From Alphaproteobacteria bacterium (GTDB lineage: Bacteria > Pseudomonadota > Alphaproteobacteria > Bin95): 64,000 bases of DNA. Location: the NCBI GenBank assembly GCA_029978325.1, contig JAPOJR010000001.1:1773-65772 (forward strand). The letters are read 5' to 3'. This document shows positions 47,675-58,081 of the stretch, in pieces. The notes below the pieces were generated by a model. It worked only from the letters and a program-made list of their open reading frames with translations. It did no database searches and had not been told where the DNA came from. A program made the translations under genes and the position numbers. Position 1 is the first letter of the stretch; each line of letters begins with the position of its first letter.

Positions 47675-48691
47675 ATGTTGCGCCGGATTTGTCGTCTGGT
47701 GCTGCCGGCTGTGTTTGCGGCCGCCGGCGCCAGCGCGGCCCCGCCCTCGTTGTCCTGGCCGGTCGAATGCCGCTTGGGCGAAGATTGCTGGATCGTCCAT
47801 CACCCGGACGCCGATCCCGGCCCGGCCGCATCGGATTTCCGCTGTGGCCGTCTGACCTATGACGGCCACAAGGGGACCGACATTGCGCTGCCGGACCGCG
47901 CCGCAATTTTCTATCCCATCCCCGTGCTGGCCGCTGCCGCCGGTATCGTGCTCGGCACCCGCGACACCATGCCGGACCATTTGGGCGATCCAGCCTCAAT
48001 CCGGGCCGTAAGCGATGCCGGCAAGGAATGCGGCAACGGGGTTGGCATCGATCATGGCGATGGATGGGTCACCCAGTATTGCCATATGAAAAGCGGCAGC
48101 GTGCGCGTCGCCAACGGTGAACGCGTCGAAACCGGGCAACTCCTCGGGCATGTCGGCGAAAGCGGGGCTGCGGAATTCCCGCATCTCCACATCAGCGTCC
48201 GCCACCAAAACCAGGAAATCGATCCGTTCACCGGATTGCCGCTCGGCGCCGGCTGCAAGGCACAGGCCAAGGGGACGCTCTGGTCATCCAGCGTCCTCCA
48301 GACCCTGCCGCCGGCAGACGCGCCGATTTTGACTGCGGTCGGCTTCCGCCAGGCATCGCCGCTGTTCGACGCCCTGAAAGAAGATACCAGCACGCCGGAT
48401 CGCCTGTCCGCCGATGCACCGGCGCTGATCCTTTGGGCGACGGCATATGGCCTGCGGAAAGGCGACAAGATGGAGTTCCGCATCGCCGACCAAGACGGCA
48501 AAACCGTGCATACCAAGACGTTCGAGCAGGCCAAGGATCAGATCCGTCGCATGCAATTCACCGGCCGGCGCAACAGCGGCTGGCTGGAGCCCGGACGCTA
48601 TACCGGCACTGTCCGGATCGAGCGGCAGGCGGCGGATGGGGCCAGCATCACGCAACAGCGCGAGGCGCGGGTGCTGATCACCCCGCCCTGA
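47675..48691 (+). CDS. M23-family metallopeptidase (secreted)
   Basis: Signal peptide from ATG 47675; HxxxD..HxH M23 motifs (GIDHGDGWVTQYCHM.., PHLHISV). Confidence 0.8.
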   Translation: MLRRICRLVLPAVFAAAGASAAPPSLSWPVECRLGEDCWIVHHPDADPGPAASDFRCGRLTYDGHKGTDIALPDRAAIFYPIPVLAAAAGIVLGTRDTMPDHLGDPASIRAVSDAGKECGNGVGIDHGDGWVTQYCHMKSGSVRVANGERVETGQLLGHVGESGAAEFPHLHISVRHQNQEIDPFTGLPLGAGCKAQAKGTLWSSSVLQTLPPADAPILTAVGFRQASPLFDALKEDTSTPDRLSADAPALILWATAYGLRKGDKMEFRIADQDGKTVHTKTFEQAKDQIRRMQFTGRRNSGWLEPGRYTGTVRIERQAADGASITQQREARVLITPP

Positions 48692-48781
48692 CGTATCCGC
48701 TCGACGCCTGCCTATCCCCCGGCACAATATGCGCCGATTTTCCTACCACACCCGCAAAACACATCCAAACGAGGAACCGCC

Positions 48782-49627
48782 ATGCATTTGGGATTGTTCA
48801 GCTACAATGTCGACTATGGGGCACGCCCGGACCAGATCGCCCGCGCTGCCGAAGAACGCGGCTTCGAAAGCTTCTGGGTCGGCGAGCACACCCATATCCC
48901 CGCCAGCCGCCAAACCCCCTATCCGGGCGGCGACCCTCTGCCCAAGCCCTACTACCACATGGCCGACCCGTTCGTATCGCTGATGGCGGCAGCGGCGGCG
49001 ACCAAGACGATCAAGCTCGGCACCGGCGTGTGCCTGGTGGCCCAGCACGACCCGATTACCCTGGCCAAGACGGTGGCGACGCTGGACTACCTGTCCGGCG
49101 GCCGCGTGCTGTTCGGCGTCGGTGGCGGTTGGAACCGCGAGGAATGCGAGAACCACGGCATCGCCTTTGGCCAGCGTTGGAAATACCTGCGCGAAAGCGT
49201 CGAGGCGATGAAGCGCATCTGGTCGGACGAAGAAGCCTCGTATGACGGCGACATGGTCAATTTCGACCGCATCATCTCGCACCCGAAGCCGGCCCAGGCC
49301 GGCGGGCCGCCGGTGATCTATGGCGGCGCGACCGAGCGGGGCCGTGAGCGAGTCGCTCGCTATTGCGACGGCTGGATTCCCATCGACATCCTGATCAAGG
49401 ACCTGCCGGCGCAGATCGCCGATGTCCGCCGACGGGCGGAGGCGCATGGCCGTGACCCGAACAGCATCGAAATATCCGTGTTCGCCTTCGAAGGCTCAAC
49501 GCCGGACGCCTTGAAGGAATACCGCGATATGGGCGTCAAGCGCGTCGCCCTGATCACGCCGCGGCGCCTGGACGACGCGCTGCGGGCGATGGACGACATG
49601 GCGGAGATGATCCCGCAGGTCGCCTGA
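48782..49627 (+). CDS. LLM-class (luciferase-like) flavin/F420-dependent oxidoreductase
   Basis: 281 aa; TIM-barrel LLM sequence (FESFWVGEHTH.., LFGVGGGW). Confidence 0.8.
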   Translation: MHLGLFSYNVDYGARPDQIARAAEERGFESFWVGEHTHIPASRQTPYPGGDPLPKPYYHMADPFVSLMAAAAATKTIKLGTGVCLVAQHDPITLAKTVATLDYLSGGRVLFGVGGGWNREECENHGIAFGQRWKYLRESVEAMKRIWSDEEASYDGDMVNFDRIISHPKPAQAGGPPVIYGGATERGRERVARYCDGWIPIDILIKDLPAQIADVRRRAEAHGRDPNSIEISVFAFEGSTPDALKEYRDMGVKRVALITPRRLDDALRAMDDMAEMIPQVA

Positions 49628-49679
49628 CCGACCCGGCGGCGGCCGACCACTGCCGCCCGCCGGATTGCACCGTGGGGAC

Positions 49680-51386
49680 TTACTGCCCCGCCAGGATGTG
49701 GTCCGCGATCTTTTCCGCCGTCATCAGGGTGGGGAAGTTGGTGTTGGCGCAGGGTACGCTCGGCATGATCGAGGCATCGCAGACGCGTAGCCCCATCATG
49801 CCGCGCACCCGTCCCGTGCCGGTGGTGACGGCCATCGGGTCGGAATCCGCGCCCATGCGGTTGGTGCAGGACGCGTGCCAGATGCCGTGAATATTCTCGC
49901 GGATGAACTGCTCCAGCACATCGTCGCTGCGCATCAGGTCATCGACGGTCGGACCCTCGGCGATCACGTTCTTGATGACGTAGTCGCGGAGCTTGGCATT
50001 GCTGTCCATTGCCCAGCCGGCTAATTGCGTCATCACCTTGTTTTTGGTCGTCACCTGCGCGAACGCCCGCACCCGGTCGGAATAGGCGGCGGGGAATGGC
50101 GTCTCAACGACGCCGGCCAGCGACGGATGCCGGTAGACGCCGATCGCGCGGCGGTAGGCATCCATCATGCGGTCCAGGTCGCGGCGGTCGCTGCACAGTT
50201 CGAAATCGACAATCGGCTCGTCGCGATAATCGCGCGTGTCCAGGGTAACCTCGCCGGTCGAATAGCTCTTGTAGACGCTCATCAGCAACGAGCCGAGACG
50301 CCAGCCGACCTGGTGCCAGGTGCTTTTGGCGATCTGGATCATCAGCATGTCGCCCTGTGGCGCGCCGCCGATGCCGGAGGAATAGCGCAGACCGACATGG
50401 ATGTGCCGCTTAATCCGTTCCGGCTGGCGATACCGCGGATGCAGGAACGCCGCCAGGCCCAGCGCCGGATGCTCCATCAGGTTCTGGCCGACGCCCGGCA
50501 GGCCGTGCCGAACCTCAATGCCCTTATCGCGCAAATGCCCAGCCGGACCGATGCCATTGCGCATCAGGTGCGCCGGCGAATGGATGGCGCCCGTGCACAA
50601 GATCACCTCGCGCGCGCCGAATGTCTGGGTCTGGCCGCGGTGCACCGCCTTGACGCCGGTTGCCTTCAGGCCGTCGAACAGGATTTCCGACACCTGCGTT
50701 TCGGCTTGGATCGTCAGGTTCGGGCGCTGCCGCGTTGCCGGGTCCAGATAGCCGATCGCCGCCGACACGCGGCGGTCATAGATGTTCGAGATCGAAACCG
50801 GGAAATAGCCATCCTCCCACCGCCCATTCTGGTCCGGCAGGTATTTGTGGCCCATTTTGGCAAAGGCGTCGGCGACGGCGTGCGCATGGCCGGGCCAATC
50901 CTCCTGAAACAGGCGGCGCACCGGAATACGGCCTTCCTTGCCGTGGTAGTCGTCGGCGAAATCCATGTCGCGCTCGACTTTTTTGAAATAGGGGAAGCAT
51001 TTTTCCCAGCTCCAGCCCTCCGCTCCCTGACGGCCCCAATCGTCGTAATCGTTCGGCGCGCCGCGGTTCGCGAGTTGGCCGTTGATCGACGAGCCGCCGC
51101 CCATCACCCGCGCCTGTTCGTATTTGCGGATCGGCGGCCGCGGCGCTTCCGGCCGGTTATGCTCCTTGGCCTGCAGGCTGACCTTCAGCGTGTTCCAATG
51201 AAAGCGCGGGTCGAAATACACCGTGCCGGGATAGCTGTTGTGCACCTCTGGCGGAATATTGCCGTGCGGCGTGTCGATGCCGGCTTCGAGCAGCAGGACT
51301 TTGTTGGCGCTCTTCGCCGACAAGCGGTTGGCCAGCACAGAGCCGGCAGAGCCGCCGCCGACGATGATGTAATCGAATTCGTTCAT
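49680..51386 (-). CDS. GMC-family FAD-dependent oxidoreductase (choline-dehydrogenase-like)
   Basis: 568 aa; N-terminal DYIIVGGGSAGSVLANRLS; GMC signature regions. Confidence 0.85.
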   Translation of the reverse strand: MNEFDYIIVGGGSAGSVLANRLSAKSANKVLLLEAGIDTPHGNIPPEVHNSYPGTVYFDPRFHWNTLKVSLQAKEHNRPEAPRPPIRKYEQARVMGGGSSINGQLANRGAPNDYDDWGRQGAEGWSWEKCFPYFKKVERDMDFADDYHGKEGRIPVRRLFQEDWPGHAHAVADAFAKMGHKYLPDQNGRWEDGYFPVSISNIYDRRVSAAIGYLDPATRQRPNLTIQAETQVSEILFDGLKATGVKAVHRGQTQTFGAREVILCTGAIHSPAHLMRNGIGPAGHLRDKGIEVRHGLPGVGQNLMEHPALGLAAFLHPRYRQPERIKRHIHVGLRYSSGIGGAPQGDMLMIQIAKSTWHQVGWRLGSLLMSVYKSYSTGEVTLDTRDYRDEPIVDFELCSDRRDLDRMMDAYRRAIGVYRHPSLAGVVETPFPAAYSDRVRAFAQVTTKNKVMTQLAGWAMDSNAKLRDYVIKNVIAEGPTVDDLMRSDDVLEQFIRENIHGIWHASCTNRMGADSDPMAVTTGTGRVRGMMGLRVCDASIMPSVPCANTNFPTLMTAEKIADHILAGQ

Positions 51387-51472
51387 GATGGGCTGCTTTC
51401 CGCGGCAATGATCGGATAGTGCTGGCGACTATAGAAGGCAGGGTGCGCCTGCGAAAAGACCCGGCGTGCAAC

Positions 51473-52003
51473 TCACCCCGGCGGCAGGTCGCCACCGTCC
51501 GCCGCTATGATCCGGCCGAAGGTTTCGAAATCGCTCTGGCCGAAGCAGACGAACACGACCCGCTCGACCGCGGGCAAGCGCAGGCATTCCGCTTTCACCG
51601 TGGCAAGCGCGATCCGGCAGGCCCGCTCGAACGGGAAGCGGTAGACCCCGGTGGAAATACAGGGAAAGGCGACGGAACGGCAGCCGTTCTGAGCCGCCAG
51701 CCGCAAGCTGTTGCGATAGCAGGCCGCCAGGGCCGGATCATCGTCCCGGGCGCCTGACCAGACCGGCCCCACCGTGTGAATCACGTGCCGTGCCGGCAAG
51801 CGATAACCAAGGGTGATCTTGGCCTCACCGGTGTTGCAACCGCCAAGCTTCCGGCATTCGGCCAGCAATTCCGGTCCGGCCGCCCGGTGGATAGCGCCAT
51901 CGACGCCGCCGCCACCCAAAAGCGTGGAATTCGCAGCATTGACGATGGCGTCCACCGCCAGCGTCGTGATATCGCCTCGTAACAGGTCCAGTTGGGCAGG
52001 CAT
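51473..52003 (-). CDS. Macro-domain protein (O-acetyl-ADP-ribose deacetylase-like)
   Basis: Macro-domain motifs [23 protein letters not shown] and [15 protein letters not shown]. Start at ATG 52003 (MPAQLDL). Confidence 0.8.
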   Translation of the reverse strand: MPAQLDLLRGDITTLAVDAIVNAANSTLLGGGGVDGAIHRAAGPELLAECRKLGGCNTGEAKITLGYRLPARHVIHTVGPVWSGARDDDPALAACYRNSLRLAAQNGCRSVAFPCISTGVYRFPFERACRIALATVKAECLRLPAVERVVFVCFGQSDFETFGRIIAADGGDLPPG

Positions 52004-52095
52004 GGCGCCGTCTCCGCAAGCGGGCTTCGGTGTAGCGTAGCCATAGTCTAGACTGGCCGACACGAACACCAAAGCCTTCAGGACGGCCAGCCGCC

Positions 52096-53391
52096 ATGAC
52101 CTTAACCGACCGCATCATAGCCGTGCTCGATCATCTCGGCATTCGCCGCGCTCACCTGGCGACCCAGTTGGCCGGCGACGTCGCCGGACTGGTCGCCAGC
52201 CACTCCTCCAGGCTCGGCGGCGTCGCGCTGGTCGCGCCAACCCGCATCGACCCTGCCCCCTTTACCGGCCTGGCCGACCGGTTGCTGTACATCCGGCCCG
52301 AAGCCGGAATGCTGGCCCGCACCGCCGCCAGCGCCTTGCCGCTGCTGCCGGATGCCAAGATCGCCACGCTCCAGGGCTATGCCGCCGAGGGCTGGACCGA
52401 TCTGGGAGCCGACCGCGCCGATATCGCTGACCTGCTGGCGGCGCATGCCGGAGGCATCGGCAGCGTCGACATGGGGGCGGGACCGGACCAAAGCGGCGAG
52501 GTCGCCGACATCCGATACCAAGCCACCGGCGCAGGCCCGGTGCTGCTGCTGACGCCAATGGCGCTGGCGCCGTCGCAATGGCAACCGCTGCTGCCGGCCT
52601 TGGCACAGCGTTTCCGCGTCATCGCCCTGGCGGGGCCTAAGCTGGGCATGCTGGCATTGCTGGAAGAACGGGCGGCGCTGACCGACTGGCGGCGCATGTG
52701 CGCCGGCCTGTTCGACGACCTGGCGCTCAGCCAGGGCGACCGGGTGCTGGATGTCGGCTGCGGCAGCGGCGCGGTCGCCGTGCAGTTTGTCAACCACACC
52801 GCAGGCCAAAATCCTGTCACCGCGCTCGACCTCAGCCCCTATCTGCTGGGCGAGGCCCGGATCGCCGCTGAAAAAGCCGGGGCACAGATTGAATTCCGGC
52901 AAGGCAGTGCAGAAGAATTGCCGTTTGCCGACAACAGCTTCGCCGCGGCCTACACCATCACGGTGCTGGAGGAATGCGACGCTGGCAAGGCTCTGGCGGA
53001 ATTGGCCCGGGTGGTTCGTCCAGGAGGCCGGATCGCCGTCGTGGTGCGGGCAACCGACATGCACCAGTGGTGGAACATGCCGGTGTCCGACGCCTTGCGC
53101 GCCAAGTTCAGCCTACCGGCGCAGTCGGTCTCCGCGAGTGGCGTCGCCAGCGCCAAACTTTACGATCTTTGCCTCACCGCCGGTTTCGAGCCGGTGCGCA
53201 TGGGCCCCTATACCGTCGTCAGCGAACGTACCGATGGCCCGGTCTTCGCCCAGCCGGAGGCCTATGCGTTGTCGCAACTGACCCCGTCGGAACGGCAGGA
53301 CTATCACGCCGCCAAGGCGAAAGCGCTGGTCGCCGGAACATTGTTCATGACGCGCGGCCACCACTGCTTTGTCGGCCGGGTGCGCGCCTGA
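52096..53391 (+). CDS. Fusion protein: degenerate alpha/beta-hydrolase-like N-region plus class I SAM-dependent methyltransferase
   Basis: 431 aa. N-terminal ~200 aa resemble part of an alpha/beta hydrolase ([11 protein letters not shown]) without a GxSxG nucleophile. The C-terminal half has motif [10 protein letters not shown] and PGGRI. Confidence 0.7.
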   Translation: MTLTDRIIAVLDHLGIRRAHLATQLAGDVAGLVASHSSRLGGVALVAPTRIDPAPFTGLADRLLYIRPEAGMLARTAASALPLLPDAKIATLQGYAAEGWTDLGADRADIADLLAAHAGGIGSVDMGAGPDQSGEVADIRYQATGAGPVLLLTPMALAPSQWQPLLPALAQRFRVIALAGPKLGMLALLEERAALTDWRRMCAGLFDDLALSQGDRVLDVGCGSGAVAVQFVNHTAGQNPVTALDLSPYLLGEARIAAEKAGAQIEFRQGSAEELPFADNSFAAAYTITVLEECDAGKALAELARVVRPGGRIAVVVRATDMHQWWNMPVSDALRAKFSLPAQSVSASGVASAKLYDLCLTAGFEPVRMGPYTVVSERTDGPVFAQPEAYALSQLTPSERQDYHAAKAKALVAGTLFMTRGHHCFVGRVRA

Positions 53392-53492
53392 CCCGGCGGC
53401 CTTGCGCCGGCCGTGGTCTGGACGTACGCTTCGGCGCGAAACATCGTGCAGCGGCCCAGGGATGCGGTCGCGCCACAGTCGGAGTCTATGAC

Positions 53493-54761
53493 ATGAACGA
53501 TCCTGTCGGCCTCAAGGGCCTCGCCCCTACGACCAAGCGCAAGCTCTATGTGCCGCCGTTGGAATTGACCAAGGGCCAGCCAACTCCGATCGCGGCGAAC
53601 GGCGGCCTGTCGTTTGCGTCGTTCGACCGGAATGGCGACGCCGGCACCGGCGCGGCGATTGAGGCAGCGCTGCAACATATTGCGGACGGCAAAGGGCAGG
53701 ACATAACCCGAATGCTGGAATCCGCGCCACCCGGTCCGATCCAGACGCAGTGGGGCGTCGGCTTCCGCGAATATGACGAGTGCGTGGCCTATATCCAGGA
53801 ACAAGGCCTGACGGCGCCGGATGGCGGCGTGGTGCTGCCGCTGCGCTATACCATTAACGAAAGCCCCTCCTGGTCGGTGGTGCCGTCGAATGCGCTCTGG
53901 CACGATCCGTCCCGCGCTGCGGATGCCGCCAAGCTGAAAAAAGAAGAAAGCGACAACCGCAACCGCTCGCTGTACTTCCCGCATGTGCTGCGCGATGCAC
54001 GCCGCATCGGCGAATACTACCCCGGCCTGCGTCCGGATTCGCCGGAATGCATGGATAAGCTGGGCGTCTCGCTGGCGCACATTCAGTCCAAGTGTCAGAA
54101 CTTCTATGACGCGCACGAGGTCGAGCGGGTGTTCTACCCCGAGATCGAGAAGCTGCTGCTGGACTTCTTCCCCGACGCGACGGACGCGCTGGTCTATAAC
54201 CACGACGTCTTTGACAAGCAGTACAAAGGCGACCGGACCGAAAACCAGGCGGACAAAAATCCCGGCGTGAACGAGAATTACGTCAACATGGTCCACAACG
54301 ACCTGAACGACAATTCCGGCCGGGTCCGGGTGCGCGAGCTGCTGCTGAACAACCTGCGCAATTTCGGGCGTGAGCAGCGCTATACCGAGGCGGAGGTCGA
54401 GGAAAAACTGTCGCGCCGCTTTGTCTCCATCAACCTGGCAAAGCCGTTCGAGACGATCCAGCAGTGGCCGTTTGTGCTGTGCGCCTGGCCGAGCTTTGCC
54501 GACCAGGCCTATATCAACAACTACCGCATTTATGACGACCGCGTCGGCGAAACCACCCGCTTCACCAATCGCGCCAATCACGAGTGGTACTGGTTCCCGC
54601 AGCAGCAACCGCACGAAGTTTCGATGCTGAAGTGCTATGATTCGGTAACCGATAATTCGGTTTCGCGCTGGTCCTTCCACTCTGCATGCTATGACTGGAC
54701 TGCCCCCGCCGGCGTGCCGCTGCGCCGCAATGTGGTTGTGCGCGCCTACCTGTTCTACTGA
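53493..54761 (+). CDS. Hypothetical protein (422 aa), possible non-heme Fe(II) oxygenase-like
   Basis: ATG 53493 with GGAG 7 nt upstream, inside ORF-track entry 52974..54761. No family recognised from memory. Contains HNDLND (HxD) and downstream His residues. Same operon as the fusion methyltransferase and the DHDPS-like gene. Confidence 0.6.
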   Translation: MNDPVGLKGLAPTTKRKLYVPPLELTKGQPTPIAANGGLSFASFDRNGDAGTGAAIEAALQHIADGKGQDITRMLESAPPGPIQTQWGVGFREYDECVAYIQEQGLTAPDGGVVLPLRYTINESPSWSVVPSNALWHDPSRAADAAKLKKEESDNRNRSLYFPHVLRDARRIGEYYPGLRPDSPECMDKLGVSLAHIQSKCQNFYDAHEVERVFYPEIEKLLLDFFPDATDALVYNHDVFDKQYKGDRTENQADKNPGVNENYVNMVHNDLNDNSGRVRVRELLLNNLRNFGREQRYTEAEVEEKLSRRFVSINLAKPFETIQQWPFVLCAWPSFADQAYINNYRIYDDRVGETTRFTNRANHEWYWFPQQQPHEVSMLKCYDSVTDNSVSRWSFHSACYDWTAPAGVPLRRNVVVRAYLFY

Positions 54762-54778
54762 GGGACGGTCCCGTCGCC

Positions 54779-55699
54779 ATGCCTGCCGCCAAGCCCTACA
54801 CTGGCGTATTTCCCATCGCGCCGGTGCCGTTCCGCGACGACCAAAGCCTCGATCTGGAAGGCATGCGCCGCGTGCTGGATTGCATGATCGACCAGGGTGT
54901 CGACGGCATTTGCATCCTGGCCAACTATTCTGAACAGTTCCTGCTGTCGGATGCGGAGCGGGAGACGCTGTTGCGGCTTTCTCTGGAGCATGTGGCGGGC
55001 CGGGTGCCCGTAATCGCGACGTGCTCGCATTATGCGACCGGGATCGTCGAGGCACGGGTGCGCATGGCCAAGGATATGGGCGCGGCGATGATCATGCTGA
55101 TGCCGCCCTATCACGGCGCGCTGCTGAAGGGCTCGGAGGCGGATACGTTCGAGCAATTCCAGCGCGCCGCCGACATCGGCCTGCCAATCATGGTGCAGGA
55201 CGCGCCGCTGTCCGGAGTCGCCCTATCGGTGCCGTTCCTGGCCAAGATGGCGCGGGAAATTCCGAACGTCTCCTACCTGAAGATCGAGACGCCACAGACC
55301 GCGGACAAGCTGCGCGCGGTGATCGCCGCGGCTGGGGATGCAATCGACGGCCCGTTCGATGGCGAAGAATCGATCACGCTGCTGGCCGATCTCGACGCCG
55401 GCGCGACCGGCACTATGCCCAGCGCGACCCTGCCGGACCTGATCAAACCGGTGCTGACGGCCCATGCCGCCGGCGACCGCGTGGCCGCCATGGCGCAGTA
55501 CAACCGCATCCTGCCGCTGATCAATTTCGAGAACCGGCAATGCGGCCTGCGCGCCTGCAAAACCGTGATGCAGACGGGCGGCGTCATCAAGAGCGACCGG
55601 GTCCGCCACCCATTGCGGCCGTTGCCGGATGCAACTCGGTCAGGATTGCTGGAACTTGCAACGATGCTGGAGCCGGTGGCGCTGCGCTGGGGGCGCTAG
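54779..55699 (+). CDS. Dihydrodipicolinate synthase / N-acetylneuraminate lyase-family class I aldolase
   Basis: 306 aa; DapA-family TIM-barrel sequence (..VIATCSHYAT..; Schiff-base Lys in LKIETPQ). Confidence 0.75.
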   Translation: MPAAKPYTGVFPIAPVPFRDDQSLDLEGMRRVLDCMIDQGVDGICILANYSEQFLLSDAERETLLRLSLEHVAGRVPVIATCSHYATGIVEARVRMAKDMGAAMIMLMPPYHGALLKGSEADTFEQFQRAADIGLPIMVQDAPLSGVALSVPFLAKMAREIPNVSYLKIETPQTADKLRAVIAAAGDAIDGPFDGEESITLLADLDAGATGTMPSATLPDLIKPVLTAHAAGDRVAAMAQYNRILPLINFENRQCGLRACKTVMQTGGVIKSDRVRHPLRPLPDATRSGLLELATMLEPVALRWGR

Positions 55700-55720
55700 G
55701 CCAAGGCTGAACCCACCCGG

Positions 55721-56587
55721 CTATTCCTCCAATGACGAGCAGACGCCGCTTACGCGGGTCTGGCGCATATAGCGGCGATGTTTGTCGGCGTCATAGCCGG
55801 CGCCCCGATGCAGCAGGCACCTATTATCCCATATCACCAGTTCGCCCGGCTGCCAGGGGTGAGCGTAAATTGCATTCGCAGCCGTTGCGTGTTCGACAAG
55901 GCCGTCCAGCAAGGCCCGGCTTTCAGGCTCTGGCATGCCTTCGATCTCGCGGACATGCGAACCGATGAACAGGTTCTTGCGCCCATTGCCGGGATTGCGC
56001 CGCACCAGCCGCTGGCGGACCGGCGGCAGTGTCGCGGCGAGTTCTGGCGTAACAGCGTCCGGCCCTACTTTCGAGCGCGAGAACACATAGTCGTGGACGC
56101 CGATCATCGGGTCCAGACGCGCCTGTTCATCCTCGTCCAGCCGGTCATAGGCCGCCCGGTTGCTGACGAACAACGTCTCGCCGCCTTCGCTCGGCGTTTC
56201 ATAGGCACACATGATCGACAGCATCGCCGGCACGGGCTTGAACGAGGCATCGGTGTGCCAAAGGTTATTGCCGGTCAGGAACCGCGTCTTGCGATGGTCA
56301 TTGCCCAGCACGGAGCCATCCTGCTGAACATTGCCGATGGTGCCGAAATACTCCAGCTTGCCTTCGCCTTTCGCCACATGGCTCGGTTCCGGATTGCCAA
56401 GCGCCTGCGTGAAAGCGAATTGCCATTCGTCGTTCCGGGCCTGGCCCGGAAACAGCACAAAGGAATATTCGTCGATCAACGCGTGAATGTGCGCCGCTGT
56501 CCCGGGATCGACGCCGGCGGAAAAATCCACGCCGGAAACCCTGGCGCCAAAGTCAGCATGTAGGGGTTCTATGCTCCAGCCAGACAT
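55721..56587 (-). CDS. TauD/TfdA-family Fe(II)/2OG dioxygenase
   Basis: 288 aa; HTD motif (LWHTDASF); C-terminal His and Arg region. Confidence 0.85.
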   Translation of the reverse strand: MSGWSIEPLHADFGARVSGVDFSAGVDPGTAAHIHALIDEYSFVLFPGQARNDEWQFAFTQALGNPEPSHVAKGEGKLEYFGTIGNVQQDGSVLGNDHRKTRFLTGNNLWHTDASFKPVPAMLSIMCAYETPSEGGETLFVSNRAAYDRLDEDEQARLDPMIGVHDYVFSRSKVGPDAVTPELAATLPPVRQRLVRRNPGNGRKNLFIGSHVREIEGMPEPESRALLDGLVEHATAANAIYAHPWQPGELVIWDNRCLLHRGAGYDADKHRRYMRQTRVSGVCSSLEE

Positions 56588-56776
56588 GATTGATCCTCTC
56601 CGTCAGATTGGCGCGGCATCGCCACAAGGGACGACCGTGGCTGACACTATGCTGTCGCACACCTGCTTGGGCAATGCGGTCGTTGACCGGGTCCGCGGGA
56701 TACGGTTGCACGATGCAGCGCCGCAAGCCTACTCTTTGCGTCAACCGCAGAGGATGCAACGCCCAAAGGATTCCCC

Positions 56777-58081
56777 ATGAAGTTCGGCATTTTCTATGAG
56801 CACCAGGTCCCCCGCCCCTGGGACGACCGCTCCGAGCACCGCATTTTCCATGAAGCGCTGGAGCAGATCGAGGTGGCCGACCGGGTCGGGCTCGATCACG
56901 TCTGGGAGGTGGAGCATCACTTTCTGGAGGAATACTCCCACTCCTCCGCGCCGGAAGTGTTCCTCGCGGCGGCCAGCCAGCGGACCAAGAACATCCGCCT
57001 AGGTCACGGCATCAACCTGACCTCGCCGCTCTACAACCACCCGGCCCGCGTGGCCGAGAGGGTGGCGACGCTGGACCTGCTGTCCAATGGCCGGGTCGAT
57101 TGGGGCACGGGCGAAAGCGCCACGCTGATGGAGATGGAAGGCTTCAACATCGTGCCGGAAGAAAAGCACGCGCAGTGGAAAGAAGGCGCGGAGCAGGCGG
57201 CGAACATGATGGTGATGCAGCCTTATCCTGGGTTTCAGGGCCAATATTTCTCGATGCCGCCCCGGAACGTCCTGCCCAAGCCATTTCAGAAGCCGCACCC
57301 GCCGATGTGGCTGGCGTGCTCGCGCCGCGATTCGATCCTGCGCGCCGCGCGCTATGGCATGGGCGCGCTGATCTTCGGCTTTGTCGAGCCGGAACAGGCC
57401 AAGGAGTGGGTGCGCGACTACTATGCCGTCATCAAGTCCGACCAATGCGTGCCGCTGGGCCATACGGTCAATCCGAACCTAGCGGCGGTCAGCGGCTTTT
57501 CCGTGCATAAGGACGAGGCGGAGGCGGAGCGGCGCGGCCTGCCGGGCTTCCGCTATTTCGGCTACTCGCTGGCGCACTTCACCAATTTCGGCGAGCATAT
57601 TCCCAGCGTCACCGGCGTCGCCCAGAATTTCGACGAGGTGTACGACTCGCTGCCGGACAATGCCGGCCGCGGCGGCATCGGCACGCCGGAGCAGGTGGAG
57701 CAGCACCTCAAAGGCTATGAGGATATCGGCCTCGACCAGATCATCTTCGTCCAGCAGGTCGGCCGCAACCAGCACGACCATATCTGCGAGAGCTTGGAAC
57801 TATTCGGCCAGACCCTGCTGCCCGCGTTCAAAGAGCGGGAGGAGAAGCGGCAGAAGCAGAAAATGGCCGACCTCGCGCCCTATATCGAGGCGGCGCTGGC
57901 CCGCAAGGAGCGCCTGCCGGAACTGCCGAAAAGCCAGATCCCCGTGGTCAAGGCCGCCGGCAAGCGACGTATCGAATCGGGTGAGGTCGATCCCTCCGGC
58001 GGTGCTTTCGTCGACAAAACCCGCGGCGGCGCCATCCCGATCCCGCATGCGGACCCACGCGCGGCTGCCAAGGCGAAGTGA
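56777..58081 (+). CDS. LLM-class flavin-dependent monooxygenase with a ~90-aa C-terminal extension
   Basis: 434 aa; LLM barrel (MKFGIFYEHQ..LDHVWEVEHHF..) followed by a charged, Lys-rich C-terminal tail. Confidence 0.85.
   Translation: MKFGIFYEHQVPRPWDDRSEHRIFHEALEQIEVADRVGLDHVWEVEHHFLEEYSHSSAPEVFLAAASQRTKNIRLGHGINLTSPLYNHPARVAERVATLDLLSNGRVDWGTGESATLMEMEGFNIVPEEKHAQWKEGAEQAANMMVMQPYPGFQGQYFSMPPRNVLPKPFQKPHPPMWLACSRRDSILRAARYGMGALIFGFVEPEQAKEWVRDYYAVIKSDQCVPLGHTVNPNLAAVSGFSVHKDEAEAERRGLPGFRYFGYSLAHFTNFGEHIPSVTGVAQNFDEVYDSLPDNAGRGGIGTPEQVEQHLKGYEDIGLDQIIFVQQVGRNQHDHICESLELFGQTLLPAFKEREEKRQKQKMADLAPYIEAALARKERLPELPKSQIPVVKAAGKRRIESGEVDPSGGAFVDKTRGGAIPIPHADPRAAAKAK

Noticed and set aside
49628-49679. 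GC-rich imperfect inverted repeat between the convergent LLM and GMC genes
   Set aside because: The stem is imperfect (ggcggcgg / ccgcccgcc with mismatches) and lacks a U-tract. It is too weak to call a terminator.
50025-51419. 464-aa plus-strand ORF antisense to the GMC oxidoreductase gene
   Set aside because: Shadow ORF. The GMC gene has a canonical N-terminal FAD motif on the other strand.
53304-55055. 583-aa minus-strand ORF antisense to the unknown 422-aa gene and the DHDPS-like gene
   Set aside because: Shadow ORF. The sense-strand genes have RBSs and operon logic, and the antisense product is Arg/Ala-rich low complexity.
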